Shown here in pieces: positions 53,165 to 64,000 of a DNA stretch of 64,000 nt; position 1 is the first letter of the stretch; each line of letters opens with the position of its first letter. The position numbers and the translations under genes are program-made. The notes beneath the pieces are model-generated. The model ran no database searches, had not been told where the DNA came from, and saw only the letters and a list, made by a program, of their open reading frames with translations. This DNA comes from Macrostomum lignano (lineage: Eukaryota): positions 1 to 64,000 of the forward strand of contig NIVC01001931.1 in NCBI GenBank assembly GCA_002269645.1, in the 5' to 3' direction.

Positions 53165-55919
53165 CAGTGGCGTACGCAGGATTTTTGTATCGGGGGGGGG
53201 GGCAACCCTAGATGAAGTTCTGTTTACTCATTCTTGGCAGATCTGTTCTTACTTAAATTTCTTAGCAGATCTGTGAATTTTGGTTAACACATTCTTAACA
53301 GATCTGTTCTTACTTAAATCTCTTAGCAGATCTGTATCTGCTTTTGTCTTACAAGATCTTACAAATCTTTGCAAGCCATTTTTTATTGTTTGGTACGTAA
53401 AAAACATTCGTAATTTTTTAGAAAATACTTATTAGGTAAAGAGAAAACAAAATTTCCAACTGTATATCAGAAAAAAGACTTTCGTATATTTTCACATTTC
53501 TCTGCTGGATCTTGTCAGATCAGTTCTTGCAGATCTGTACAGACCAGTTTTGAAAAGTGTCTGAATTGTTTTTTTCCACAAAACATTTAACATAATAGTA
53601 ATTGCGTTTTTTAATGATTTGTATTTATTTTAGTTGTTCTTCTGGCAGCCAACAGTAAATGAATTTGTTTAAATACTCTTTCCGCAGTAACTGAACATAG
53701 TGGACCCTTATAGTTTGAATTCTCGCTCTTTCAATATCCATCCATCTCAGTTCTTTCTTTTGACTTAGCCGAATACATAATTTTTAATTCCTTAAATTGT
53801 TTCATAGTGTAGTATCACTATCTTTTACTTTTTTAGCCATAATAACTTTTTTGATTAAGTATAGCTATGGCTTTAAATGAAGAGCAGATCGCGTCATCAA
53901 TTCAAAAAATTTGACATAATTGACAGACTGACTATAAAATGTATGATATGCTATATATATATCTATATTATATATATATATATATATATCTAGGCTTGTT
54001 TCCTACTCCTAGGACTATAAGTATGAGTAGGCCTAGGCCTATGACTTTGTTATATGCTTTAATAGAAACAGAATGCATGTCTAGACCTAGTGATGTTGTC
54101 CATTAATAATTCATTAATCCATTAATAATTCAGAAATTCAGTTACATACATAGATCTGTATTTTTTGTAGTCTTTTGCATTTCATTATATTATATTTATA
54201 TATACATACCTAGTTCTAGCCCCTAGGCTAGGGCTAGGCTAGTTCTAGTGACCTAGCTAGTAAGTAAATCTTAATTAAATAGGTCTATTCTGTTTTTGTT
54301 TGTTTTATATATGCTTATCTAGATTTATAAATAGGTAGACTGACATATCTGTAAAACTTGGTTTTAATCCCTCCTTGATTTTAAACACTTAGGTTAAGAG
54401 TGTAATGTCTATTTTTAGTAAATAGTGTTATAACTAGAGGCTTATCATTTTAATTTTAAAATAAAATAGGCCTTACTCTACTAAAAATTGTAATTGCTAT
54501 ATAGGGTATAGTTTTTATGAATTAGAATTAAACCTGGATGCTTAAATATAGGCTTATGGTTGTTAGAAAGTTATCTTAAGCCTTGACCTACTATTTGAAG
54601 AATATAGATAGGCATAGCAAAATCTAAAAGTATTTATACTAGATAGGCCTAGATAAATAATATGAAAAATATAGAATAGAAGAAAAACAGGTCTAAATTT
54701 AATTAGACCAAAGAACTTTTACAAAAGTTATTACTCTGACTATTTAAAAACATAACAATGATATTTGTTTTATATTTTAGTTATTTTGAATTGAATATTA
54801 ATGTTTAAAATCCCAGAACTTTACTACAATTTTCCTTTTAATTGATGCTACTTTACATGGTCAATATGGCATCGCTACTTATGGGTTCCAAGCTTGTCTT
54901 TATAGGCCTACCAAGTGGCAAAGTGGCAAGCATCCTATGATTGCTAAAAGAAAAAATGAAGCCAGCCTAAAGTAAAAATGCAACATGATAAAGAGCCCTA
55001 AAGTATTACTAAGAGCTCTTATAGACCTACTTTTATTGATAACAAAGTAAGCTTTCTAGCAATATTGACTTTAAAATCTTTCAGTACTGGACTCTTTCAG
55101 TTTCAATTATTTGCATACCAATTTAATTGTACATTGTAGTAAAAGATGCACCTGGTTTTTTTCAAATGTTTCTGCTTCTATTTTTTAGTTTCTAAAAGTA
55201 TTGCTCACCCTAATTTTATTAGTCCATTGTACCATTAGTATTTTTTCTATTGAATGTGTGCTTAAATTTTGTTTTGAAGTTGACTTATTTTTTGCTTGTG
55301 ATATTTCCCTTGTGCATAGAAGTTTTATTTCATGAGCATATATGTGTATTTGTTTACATTTTCACAAATAAATATGTCTACTTTATTTTAATTGTTCAAT
55401 GACATTTGCTTTTGTTCTGGCAGCTTACTAGCACAATACTAAAAGTGCAGAATCAAATAAGAAAGTCCTGTCATAACTCGTGTTCTTTATTGGAATTAAA
55501 TTAGTGCATTGGGGTTTTATAAATGGATTACTAAACAGATCTGGGAAGATTTGATAAGACGGACAATGCATTCAATTGGTAAAGCCTAATACATCTTACA
55601 AGATCTGCCCAGATCTCCTAAGATCTGCTCGTGCAGACCGTGCAAGATCTTCCTGCAGATCTTGTAAGTTCTGCCTATATATTTTAATGCTGCAGATCTG
55701 TTACGTTCTTGCAAGAACGTAGCGAGAAGCTCCAGACAGATCTGCTAAGAAATGGCATGACGATTTCATCTAGGGAATCCTTAGGGGCGCCAATATTGAG
55801 TGTCTTGTGGGGGGCGCCATTCTGGGGGGGCGCAGTTTTTGTGGGGCGCAATTTTTTTGGCGGGCGATTAGGGGGCGGACTGTGCCCCCCCTCCCCTTGC
55901 GTACGCCATACATGCACTG
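53165..55919. mobile_element. Small hAT-type MITE (about 185 bp) split by EnSpm copy A
   Basis: Termini CAGTGGCGTACGC and GCGTACGCCA...CACTG. Perfect 8-bp TSD ATCTAACT at 53157-53164 and 55920-55927. Confidence 0.7.
53206..55775. mobile_element. Non-autonomous CMC/EnSpm-like DNA transposon, copy A (2.57 kb)
   Basis: TIR CCCTAGATGAA...TTCATCTAGGG, 2-bp TSD (AA), many subterminal CAGATCT repeats, no ORF. Confidence 0.75.
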
Positions 55920-56455
55920 ATCTAACTTCCCTGGCGTTAAAAAGGCCATTCATATTACATGTAGATCTCAAGATGGGGTCTAGCCTAGCTACACTGCGAC
56001 TGCATGCTGCATTGTACATGTCCTTGCATGTACATAGTAGCTGTCGAGTAACTGCTGCTAACATGTAGGTAAGTCGTTACTGATTAGTCATGAAGCTACT
56101 GCAGCCTCTACTCAACGCGTCTCACTCATTCTCTTTAATTTTAGCTTTTAGTTTCTATAGCGCATGTAAATGATGTATCACATGTACTAAAAACACCGCT
56201 GTTCAGGTCATCAACATTTGACTGACAGTCTTCTACTGTGAGGCAACAGCAGTCAAATAGTTCACATTGATAGTCAAATGTTCATGTCAATCTTTTGGCG
56301 ATCCGGCCTAATTACCGTTTCATTTCAGAAGCTCGAATATACAGTGTCAGTAATATAGCATCAAGAACTTTATTTTACATGTCGAACAGCAAATTAGTTG
56401 CCAGCGCAATTTATTCATCTGCCTTCCAAATGCCTATTCGAATTAATAGCAGAAG

Positions 56456-56486
56456 ACTAGCAATCTACGCCCCCCGTTGGGGAGCC
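56456..56486 (-). mobile_element. Helitron-like 3' terminus (GC hairpin plus CTAG|T)
   Basis: The minus strand reads CCCCAACGGGGGGCGTAGATTGCTAGT. The same motif recurs at 63214-63243. The body likely extends to about 60100 through degenerate CCTTGACATCTCAGC repeats. Confidence 0.45.
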
Positions 56487-56703
56487 AAATAAATGCAATA
56501 CACGTTTTTTTAATAAGCTACATATATCCTTGAAATCTTAAAAAATCTCCTGTCAAACCTTGTAAGCCTTGACATGTCAGTAATTCCCCCCCCCCCACAA
56601 GCTTTGACATATCAACTTCCCCCCTTGACATCTCAGCAATGCCCCCAATAAGCCTTGGAAATCTAAAAATATCTGTCAACCTTCTAACCCTAGCCTAACC
56701 CTA

Positions 56704-59242
56704 CCCTAGATGAAATCGTCATGCCATTTCTTAGCAGATCTGTCTGGAGCTTCTCGCTACGTTCTTGCAAGAACGTAACAGATCTGCACTATTTAAATAT
56801 ATAGGCAGAACTTACAAGATCTGCAGGAAGATCTTGCACGGTCTGCACGAGCAGATCTTAGGAGATCTGGGCAGATCTTGTAAGATGTATTAAGCTTTAC
56901 CAATTGAATGCATTGTCCGTCTTATCAAATCTTCCAAGATCTGTTTAGTAATCCATTTATAAAACCCCAATGCACTAATTTAATTCCAATAAAGAACACG
57001 AGTTATGACAGGACTTTCTTATTTGATTCTGCACTTTTAGTATTGTGCTAGTAAGCTGCCAGAACAAAAGCAAATGTCATTGAACAATTAAAATAAAGTA
57101 GACATATTTATTTGTGAAAATGTAAACAAATACACATAAATGCTCATGAAATAAAACTTGTATGCACAAGGGAAATGGCACAAGCAAAAAATAAGTCAAC
57201 TTCAAAACAAAAGTTAAGCACACATTCAATAGAAAAAATACTAATGGTACAATGGACTAATAAAATTAGGGTGAGCAATACTTTTAGAAACTAAAAAATA
57301 GAAGCAGAAACATTTGAAAAAAAACCAGGTGCATCTTTTACTACAATGTACAATTAAATTGGTTTGCAAATAATTGAAACTGAAAGAGTCCAGTACTGAA
57401 AGATTTTAAAGTCAATATTGCTAGAAAGCTTACTTTGTTATCAATAAAAGTAGGTCTATAAGAGCTCTTAGTAATACTTTAGGGCTCTTTATCATGTTGC
57501 ATTTTTACTTTAGGCTGGATTCATTTTTTCTTTTAGCAATCATAGGATGCTTGCCACTTTGCCATTTGGTATAAAGACAAGCTTGGAACCCATAAGTAGC
57601 AATGCCATATTGACCATGTAAAGTAGCATGAATGAAAGGGAAAATTGTAGTAAAGTTCTGGGATTTTAAACATCAATATTCAATTCAAAATAACTAAAAC
57701 ATAAAACAAATATCATTGTTATGTTTTTAAATAGTCAGAGTAATAACTTTTGTAAAAGTTCTTTGGTCTAATTAAATTTAGACCTGTTTTTCTTCTATTC
57801 TATATTTTTCATATTATTTATCTAGGCCTATCTAGTATAAATAATTTTAGATTTTGATATGCCTATCTATATTCTTCAAATAGTAGGTCAAGGCTTAAGA
57901 TAACTTTCTAACAACCACAAGCCTATATTTAAGCATCCAGGTTTAATTCTAATTCAGAAAAACTATACCCTATATAGCAATTACAATTTTTAGTAGAGTA
58001 GGGCCTATATTATTTTAAAATTAAAATGATAAGCCTAGTTATAACACTATTTACTAAAAATAGACATTACACTCTTAACCTAAGTGTTTAAAATCAAGGA
58101 GGGATTAAAACCAAGTTTTACAGATATGTCAGTCTACCTATTTATAAATCTAGATAAGCATATATAAAACAAACAAAAACAGAATAGACCTATTTAATTA
58201 AGATTTACTTACTAGCTAGGTCACTAGAACTAGCCTAGCCCTAGCCTAGGGGCTAGAACTAGGTATGTATATATAAATATAATATAATGAAATGCAAGAC
58301 TACAAAAATACTGATCTATGTATGTAACTGAATTTCTAAATTATTAATGGATTAATGAATTATTAATGGACATCACTAGGTCTAGACATGCATTCTGTTT
58401 CTATTAAAGCATATAACAAAGTCATAGGCCTAGGCCTACTCATACTTATAGGCCTGGGAGTAGGAAACAAGCCTAGATATATATATGATATAGATATATA
58501 TATAGCATATCATACATTTTATAGTCAGTCTGTCAATTATGTCAAATTTTTTTAATTGATGACGCGATCTGCTCTTCATTTAAAGCCATAGCTATACTTA
58601 ATCAAAAAAGTTATTATGGCTAAAAAAGTAAAAAATAGTGATACTACACTATGAAACAATTTAAGGAATTAAAAATTACGTATTCGGCAAAGTCAAAAGA
58701 AAGAACTGAGATTATTGCAAGAGCGAGAATTCAAACTATAAGGGTCCACTATGTTCAGAACTGCGGAAAGAATATTTAAACAAATTCATTTACTGTTGGC
58801 TGCCAGAAGAACAACTAAAATAAATACAAATCATTAAAAAACGCAATTACTATTATGTTAAATATTTTGTGGAAAAAAACAATTCAGACACTTTTCAAAA
58901 CTGGTCTGTACAGATCTGCAAGAACTGATCTGACAAGATCCAGCAGAGAAATGTGAAAATATACGAAAGTCTTTTTTCTGATATACAGTTAGAAATTTTG
59001 TTTTCTCTTTACCTCATAAGTATTTTCTAAAAAATCACGAATGTTTTTTACGTATTAAACAATAAAAAATGGCTTGCAAAGATTTGTAAGATCTTGTAAG
59101 ACAAAAGCAGATACAGATCTGCTAAGAGATTTAAGTAAGAACAGATCTGTTAAGAATGTGTTAACCAAAGTTCACAGATCTGTTAAGAAATTTAAGTAAG
59201 AACAGATCTGCCAAGAATGAGTAAACAGAACTTCATCTAGGG
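56704..59242. mobile_element. Non-autonomous CMC/EnSpm-like DNA transposon, copy B, inverted relative to copy A
   Basis: Same TIRs, 2-bp TSD (TA). The sequence is the near reverse complement of 53206-55775. Confidence 0.75.
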
Positions 59243-59287
59243 TAACCCTAACCCTAGCCCTAACCCTAACCCTAACCCTAACCTAAC
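59243..59287. repeat. Short interstitial telomere-type (TAACCC)n tract, continued on the other side of EnSpm copy B (56686-56703)
   Basis: TAACCCTAACCCTAGCCCTAACCCTAACCCTAACCCTAACC. Confidence 0.7.
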
Positions 59288-60124
59288 ATTGAAATTTCAG
59301 TAATTCTCTCTAAGAGTCACTATAGCACTACTACAGCATTATAGCGATTTCCTGCAAGCCTCGACATCGTAGGGATTCCCAAATGAATCTCTTAACTTCG
59401 ACATGAAGCTTCTTTTATTTTTTACATTACGCTTTTTTTATCAGCGATCCCTCCCCTGAGGAGGCATCAAATAATGTAATAAAAAGTTTTCAATAAACTA
59501 CATGTAGCTTCTGACTTTAGCCTTGAAATCTCATTTATACCCCGTGAGCCTTGACATCTCAGCTATTCCCCCGTAAGCCTTAACATGTCAGCGATGGCCT
59601 CCATAAACCTTGAAATCTAAAAAATCCCCTGTTATTCTGTTAACCTTGAAACCCGATAAAATATAACCCTCAACCCACACCTGACCTAAACCTAACTTTA
59701 ACCCAACCTAAAGCCTTGAAATCTCAGCAATTCTTCTCCCCTAAGCCTTGACATTTTAGTGATTCCTTCTTTAAGAATCACAGCACTATAACGATATCCA
59801 CCAAGCTTTGACATCGTAGCAATTCCCAAATGAATCTTTTAACTTGAACATGACTTTTCTTTTATGTATAGCTCGTACATACGCTCGTAGTGCTACTTTT
59901 ATTTTTTACATGACTCTTCTTCTATAAGCGCCTCCCGTGGCGAGCCAACAAAGAATGCAATAAAAAAATTGAGTAAAGTACATGAACTTTGAAGTAGCTT
60001 CTGACTTTTGCTTTGACATCTCAGAAACCCCCCCCCCCGTAATCTCAGCAGTTATTCTCTGAGAGCCTTTACGTCTCAGTTTTTCTCCCCAGCACAGCAT
60101 TATAGCTGCATTTAATTTTTGATT

Positions 60125-62485
60125 TTTATGATTTTCTATGATTTTTAAATGACGCTTCTACGATTTTTACATGACGCTTCTATGATTTTTTACATGACGC
60201 TTCTATGATTTTTTACATGACGCTTCTATGATTGTTTACATGACGCTTCTATGATTTTTTAAATGACGCTTCTATGATTGTTTACATGACGCTTCTATGA
60301 TTGTTTACATGACGCTTCTATGATTTTTTACATGACGCTTCTATGATTGTTTACATGACGCTTCTATGATTGTTTACATGACGCTTCTATGATTGTTTAC
60401 ATGACGCTTCTATGATTCTTTACGTGACGCTTTTATGATTTTCACATGACGCTTCTATGATTTTTTAAATGACGCATCTATGATTTTTATATGACGCTTC
60501 TATGATTTTTTTAAATGACGCTTCTATGATTGTTTACATGATGCTTCTTTGATTTTTTAAATGACGCATCTATGATTTTTTTACATGACGCTTCTATGAT
60601 TCTTTACATGACGCTTCTATGATTGTTTACATGACGCTACTATGATTTTTTTACATGATGCTTCTATGATTGTTTACATGACGCTTCTATGATTGTTTAC
60701 ATGACGCTTCTATGATTTTTTCATGACGCTTCTGTGATTGTTTACATGACGCTTCTATGATTGTATACATGATTCTTTTATGATTGCTTACATGACGCTT
60801 CTATGATTGTTTACATGACGCTTCTATGATTGTTTACATGACGCTTCTATGATTGCTTACATGACGCTTCTATGATTGTTTACATGACTCTTCTATGATT
60901 TTTTACATGACGCTTCTATGGTTGTTTACATGACGCTTCTATGATTTTTACATGACGCTTCTATGATTTTTTATATGACGCTTCTATGATTTTTTTAAAT
61001 GATGCATCTATGATTTTTATATGACGCTTCTACGATTTTTTACATGACGCTTCTATGATTGTTTACATGACGCTTCCATAATTTTTTAAATGACGCATCT
61101 ATGATTTTTGCATGACGCTTCTATGATTTTTTAAATGACGCTTCTACGATTTTTTACATGACGCTTCTATGATTGTTTCATGACGCTTCTATGATTGTTT
61201 ACATGACGCTTCTATGATTGTTTACATGACGCTTCTATGATTTTTTTACATGACGCTTCTATAATTGTTTACATGACGCTTCTATGATTTTTTACATGAC
61301 GCTTCTATGATTGTTTACATGACGCTTCTATGATTGTTTACATGACGCTTCTATGATTCTTTACGTGACGCTTCTATGATTTTTATATGATGCTTCTATG
61401 ATTTTTTAAATGACGCTTCTATGATTGTTTACATGATGCTTCTATGGTTTTTTAAATGACGCATCTATGATTTTTATATGATGCTTCTATGATTTTTTAA
61501 ATGAAGCATCTATGATTTTTATATGACGCTTCTATAATTTTTTATATGACGCTTCTACGATTTTTTACATGACGCTACTATGATTTTTACATGACGCTTC
61601 TTTTTAAAAAGTCTTTTAGTTTTCCTGACGTTGAAAAGCTTTAATTAAAAAAATTATACTCTATGAAAATTCGAACCATCGTCGCTGCATTTAGCAGTTC
61701 AGTCTGTTCACCTCTAGGCATCTATGATGCATCTATGATTTTTATATGACGCTTCTATGATTGTTTACATGACGCTTCTATGATTGTTTACATGACGCTT
61801 CCATGATTTTTTAAATGACGCATCTATGATTTTTGCATGACGCTTCTATGATTTTTTAAATGACGCTTCTACGATTTTTTACATGACGCTTCTATGATTG
61901 TTTACATGACGCTTCTATGATTGTTTACATGACGCTTCTATGATTGTTTACATGACGCTTCTATGATTTTTTTACATGACGCTTCTATAATTGTTTACAT
62001 GACGCTTCTATGATTTTTTACATGACGCTTCTATGATTGTTTACATGACGCTTCTATGATTGTTTACATGACGCTTCTATGATTCTTTACGTGACGCTTC
62101 TATGATTTTCACATGACGCTTCTATGATTGTTTACATGACGCTTCCATGATTTTTTAAATGACGCATCTATGATTTTTATATGACGCTTCTATGATTTTT
62201 TTAAATGACGCTTCTATGATTGTTTACATGATGCTTCTATGATTTTTTAAATGACGCATCTATGATTTTTATATGATGCTTCTATGATTTTTTAAATGAC
62301 GCTTCTATGATTGTTTACATGATGCTTCTATGGTTTTTTAAATGACGCATCTATGATTTTTATATGATGCTTCTATGATTTTTTAAATGACGCATCTATG
62401 ATTTTTATATGACGCTTCTATAATTTTTTATATGACGCTTCTACGATTTTTTACATGACGCTACTATGATTTTTACATGACGCTT
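60125..62485. repeat. 22-24-bp AT-rich satellite (ATGACGCTTCTATGATTGTTTAC) with an internal duplication of about 886 bp
   Basis: The array is interrupted by a unique block of about 120 bp present twice (about 61600 and about 62486). Confidence 0.92.
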
Positions 62486-63060
62486 CTTTTTAAAAAGTCT
62501 TTTAGTTTTCCTGACGTTGAAAAGCTTTAATTAAAAAAATTATACTCTATGAAAATTCGAACCATCGTCGCTGCATTTAGCAGTTCAGTCTGTTCACCTC
62601 TAGGCTAGTTCTCATCTTTTTGATAACATCAAATTTTGCACTTATATATATATATATAATTCAACAGTTTAAAATCCAAGCATAGAGTAAATCACACGAA
62701 GCAGTTATGACATAATCAGTTTCTCAGTCAGTCAGTATCAGTTAACAATATGGTTACGCAATTTAAATCAAGTCTGGTGCTACGCTTCCACACTGCATTT
62801 TCAATTCAAGTCGGAGTTACAATTCAGTGATGATGCAATCTATTTCAGAACCAGAATTCAACCAGTCAGTTTTTTCTCTAGCATTCTTACAATGCATTTC
62901 AAGTCGAAAAGTTTGCTTGACCTTTGCAAAAAAGCATGTTTTTCGAATATTTAATGCCTTTAGCATCGAGCAATTTCTTAGCCGCGATGCATGTACAGTC
63001 ACGGGAAAATTTCTGATCGAACAGTGCAAGTTTGAACAAAATCGGTCCAGCCATTTTTTC

Positions 63061-63073
63061 TCTAATCGATCAC

Positions 63074-63106
<33 letters not shown>

Positions 63107-63152
63107 CACAGACAGACCATTTTTAGTATATAGGATTTCTCTAATCGATCAC

Positions 63153-63185
<33 letters not shown>

Positions 63186-63215
63186 CACAGACAGACCATT
63201 TTTAGTATATAGGAC
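63061..63215. repeat. (GATA)n microsatellite inside a 79-bp tandem duplication
   Basis: TCTAATCGATCACATAGATA... at 63061 and 63140. Confidence 0.85.
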
Positions 63216-63243
63216 TAGCAATCTTCGCCCCCCGATGGGGGAC
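63214..63243 (-). mobile_element. Second Helitron-like 3' terminus of the same family
   Basis: ACTAGCAATCTTCGCCCCCCGATGGGGG, matching 56456-56486, next to a (GATA)n tract. Confidence 0.45.
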
Positions 63244-63349
63244 ATCTGGATAGAATCTCTGTTCTCTACAAGTAACAAAAAAACAGCTAAAAATCCTTCA
63301 AAAAGACAACAGACAAACTGCTCAAATGAAGTGCATTGCAAAAAGAAAT

Positions 63350-63795
63350 CATCCCAAGACTGCAAGCATCCCCCAGATAGCAAGCATCCCCAAGATAGCA
63401 AGCATCCCCAGATAGCAAGCATCCCCCAGATAGCAAGCATCCCCCGGATAGCAAGCATCCCCAGAAAGCAAGCATCCCCCAGATAGCAAGCATCCCTCAG
63501 ATAGCAAGCATCCCCCAGATAGCAAGCATCCCCCAGATAGCAAGCATCCCCCAGATAGCAAGCATCCCTCAGATAGCAAGCATCCCCCAGATAGCAAGCA
63601 TCCCCAAGATAGCAAGCATCCCCTAGATAGCAAGCATCCCCCAGATAGCAGGCATCCCCTAGATAGCAAGCATCCCCAGATAGCAGGCATCCCCCAGATA
63701 GCAAGCATCCCCCAGATAGCAAGCATCCCCCAGATAGCAAGCATCCCCAAGATAGCAAGCATCCCCAAGATAGATAGCATCCCCAAATAGTAAGC
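63350..63795. repeat. 18/19-bp minisatellite (CCCCCAGATAGCAAGCAT)
   Basis: About 23 copies. Confidence 0.9.
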
Positions 63796-64000
63796 ATCCA
63801 CCAGACAATAAGTAGCTAGTGCGACAATTTCCTTAGCATTATAGCGGCTCCTTTAAAATTCGCTTACTTTTACGTTTGAAATTGTGTATCTTTTATGTTT
63901 AACAAGGTGGCTCTTTTATGTTATACATTGTGGCTCTTTTATGTTATACATTGTGGCTCTTTTTTGTTCTACGCTCGTACATGGTAACTCTTTTATGTTT

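Noticed and set aside
59243-59287. True chromosome end
   Set aside because: The tract is under 50 bp, degenerate and flanked by non-telomeric sequence on both sides.
63141-63801. 150-218 aa ORFs (GDACYL / GGCLLS repeats)
   Set aside because: Translation of an 18/19-bp minisatellite with frame-breaking unit lengths.

Overview
Eukaryotic (metazoan) genomic DNA with GC3-rich exons, GT-AG introns and very dense minisatellites. The style resembles a free-living flatworm such as Macrostomum, which is an inference and not a database result. Four protein-coding genes can be reconstructed by hand. (1) A minus-strand gene of at least 18 exons starts at 21101 and runs off the window start. It encodes an unrecognised signal-peptide protein of more than about 2,100 aa, with a furin-site-flanked Gly/Ser and Pro repeat cassette followed by a string of divergent, partly SEA-like modules. 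Six single-base frame breaks interrupt it. (2) An intronless, strongly divergent class A GPCR (24352-25509). (3) UBE2K, an E2 with a UBA domain. (4) An RNF121-like RING-H2 membrane E3 lies co-oriented just upstream of UBE2K. Both genes begin at a splice acceptor, suggesting a possible SL trans-spliced E3-E2 operon. The region from about 42 to 64 kb is a transposon graveyard: a CpG-eroded LINE endonuclease, a Penelope GIY-YIG fragment, MITEs with TSDs, a deleted LTR element, two inverted CMC/EnSpm-like copies forming a 6 kb palindrome, Helitron ends and satellites. Most long ORFs in the supplied track are tandem-repeat artefacts. No rRNA, tRNA or CRISPR array was found.
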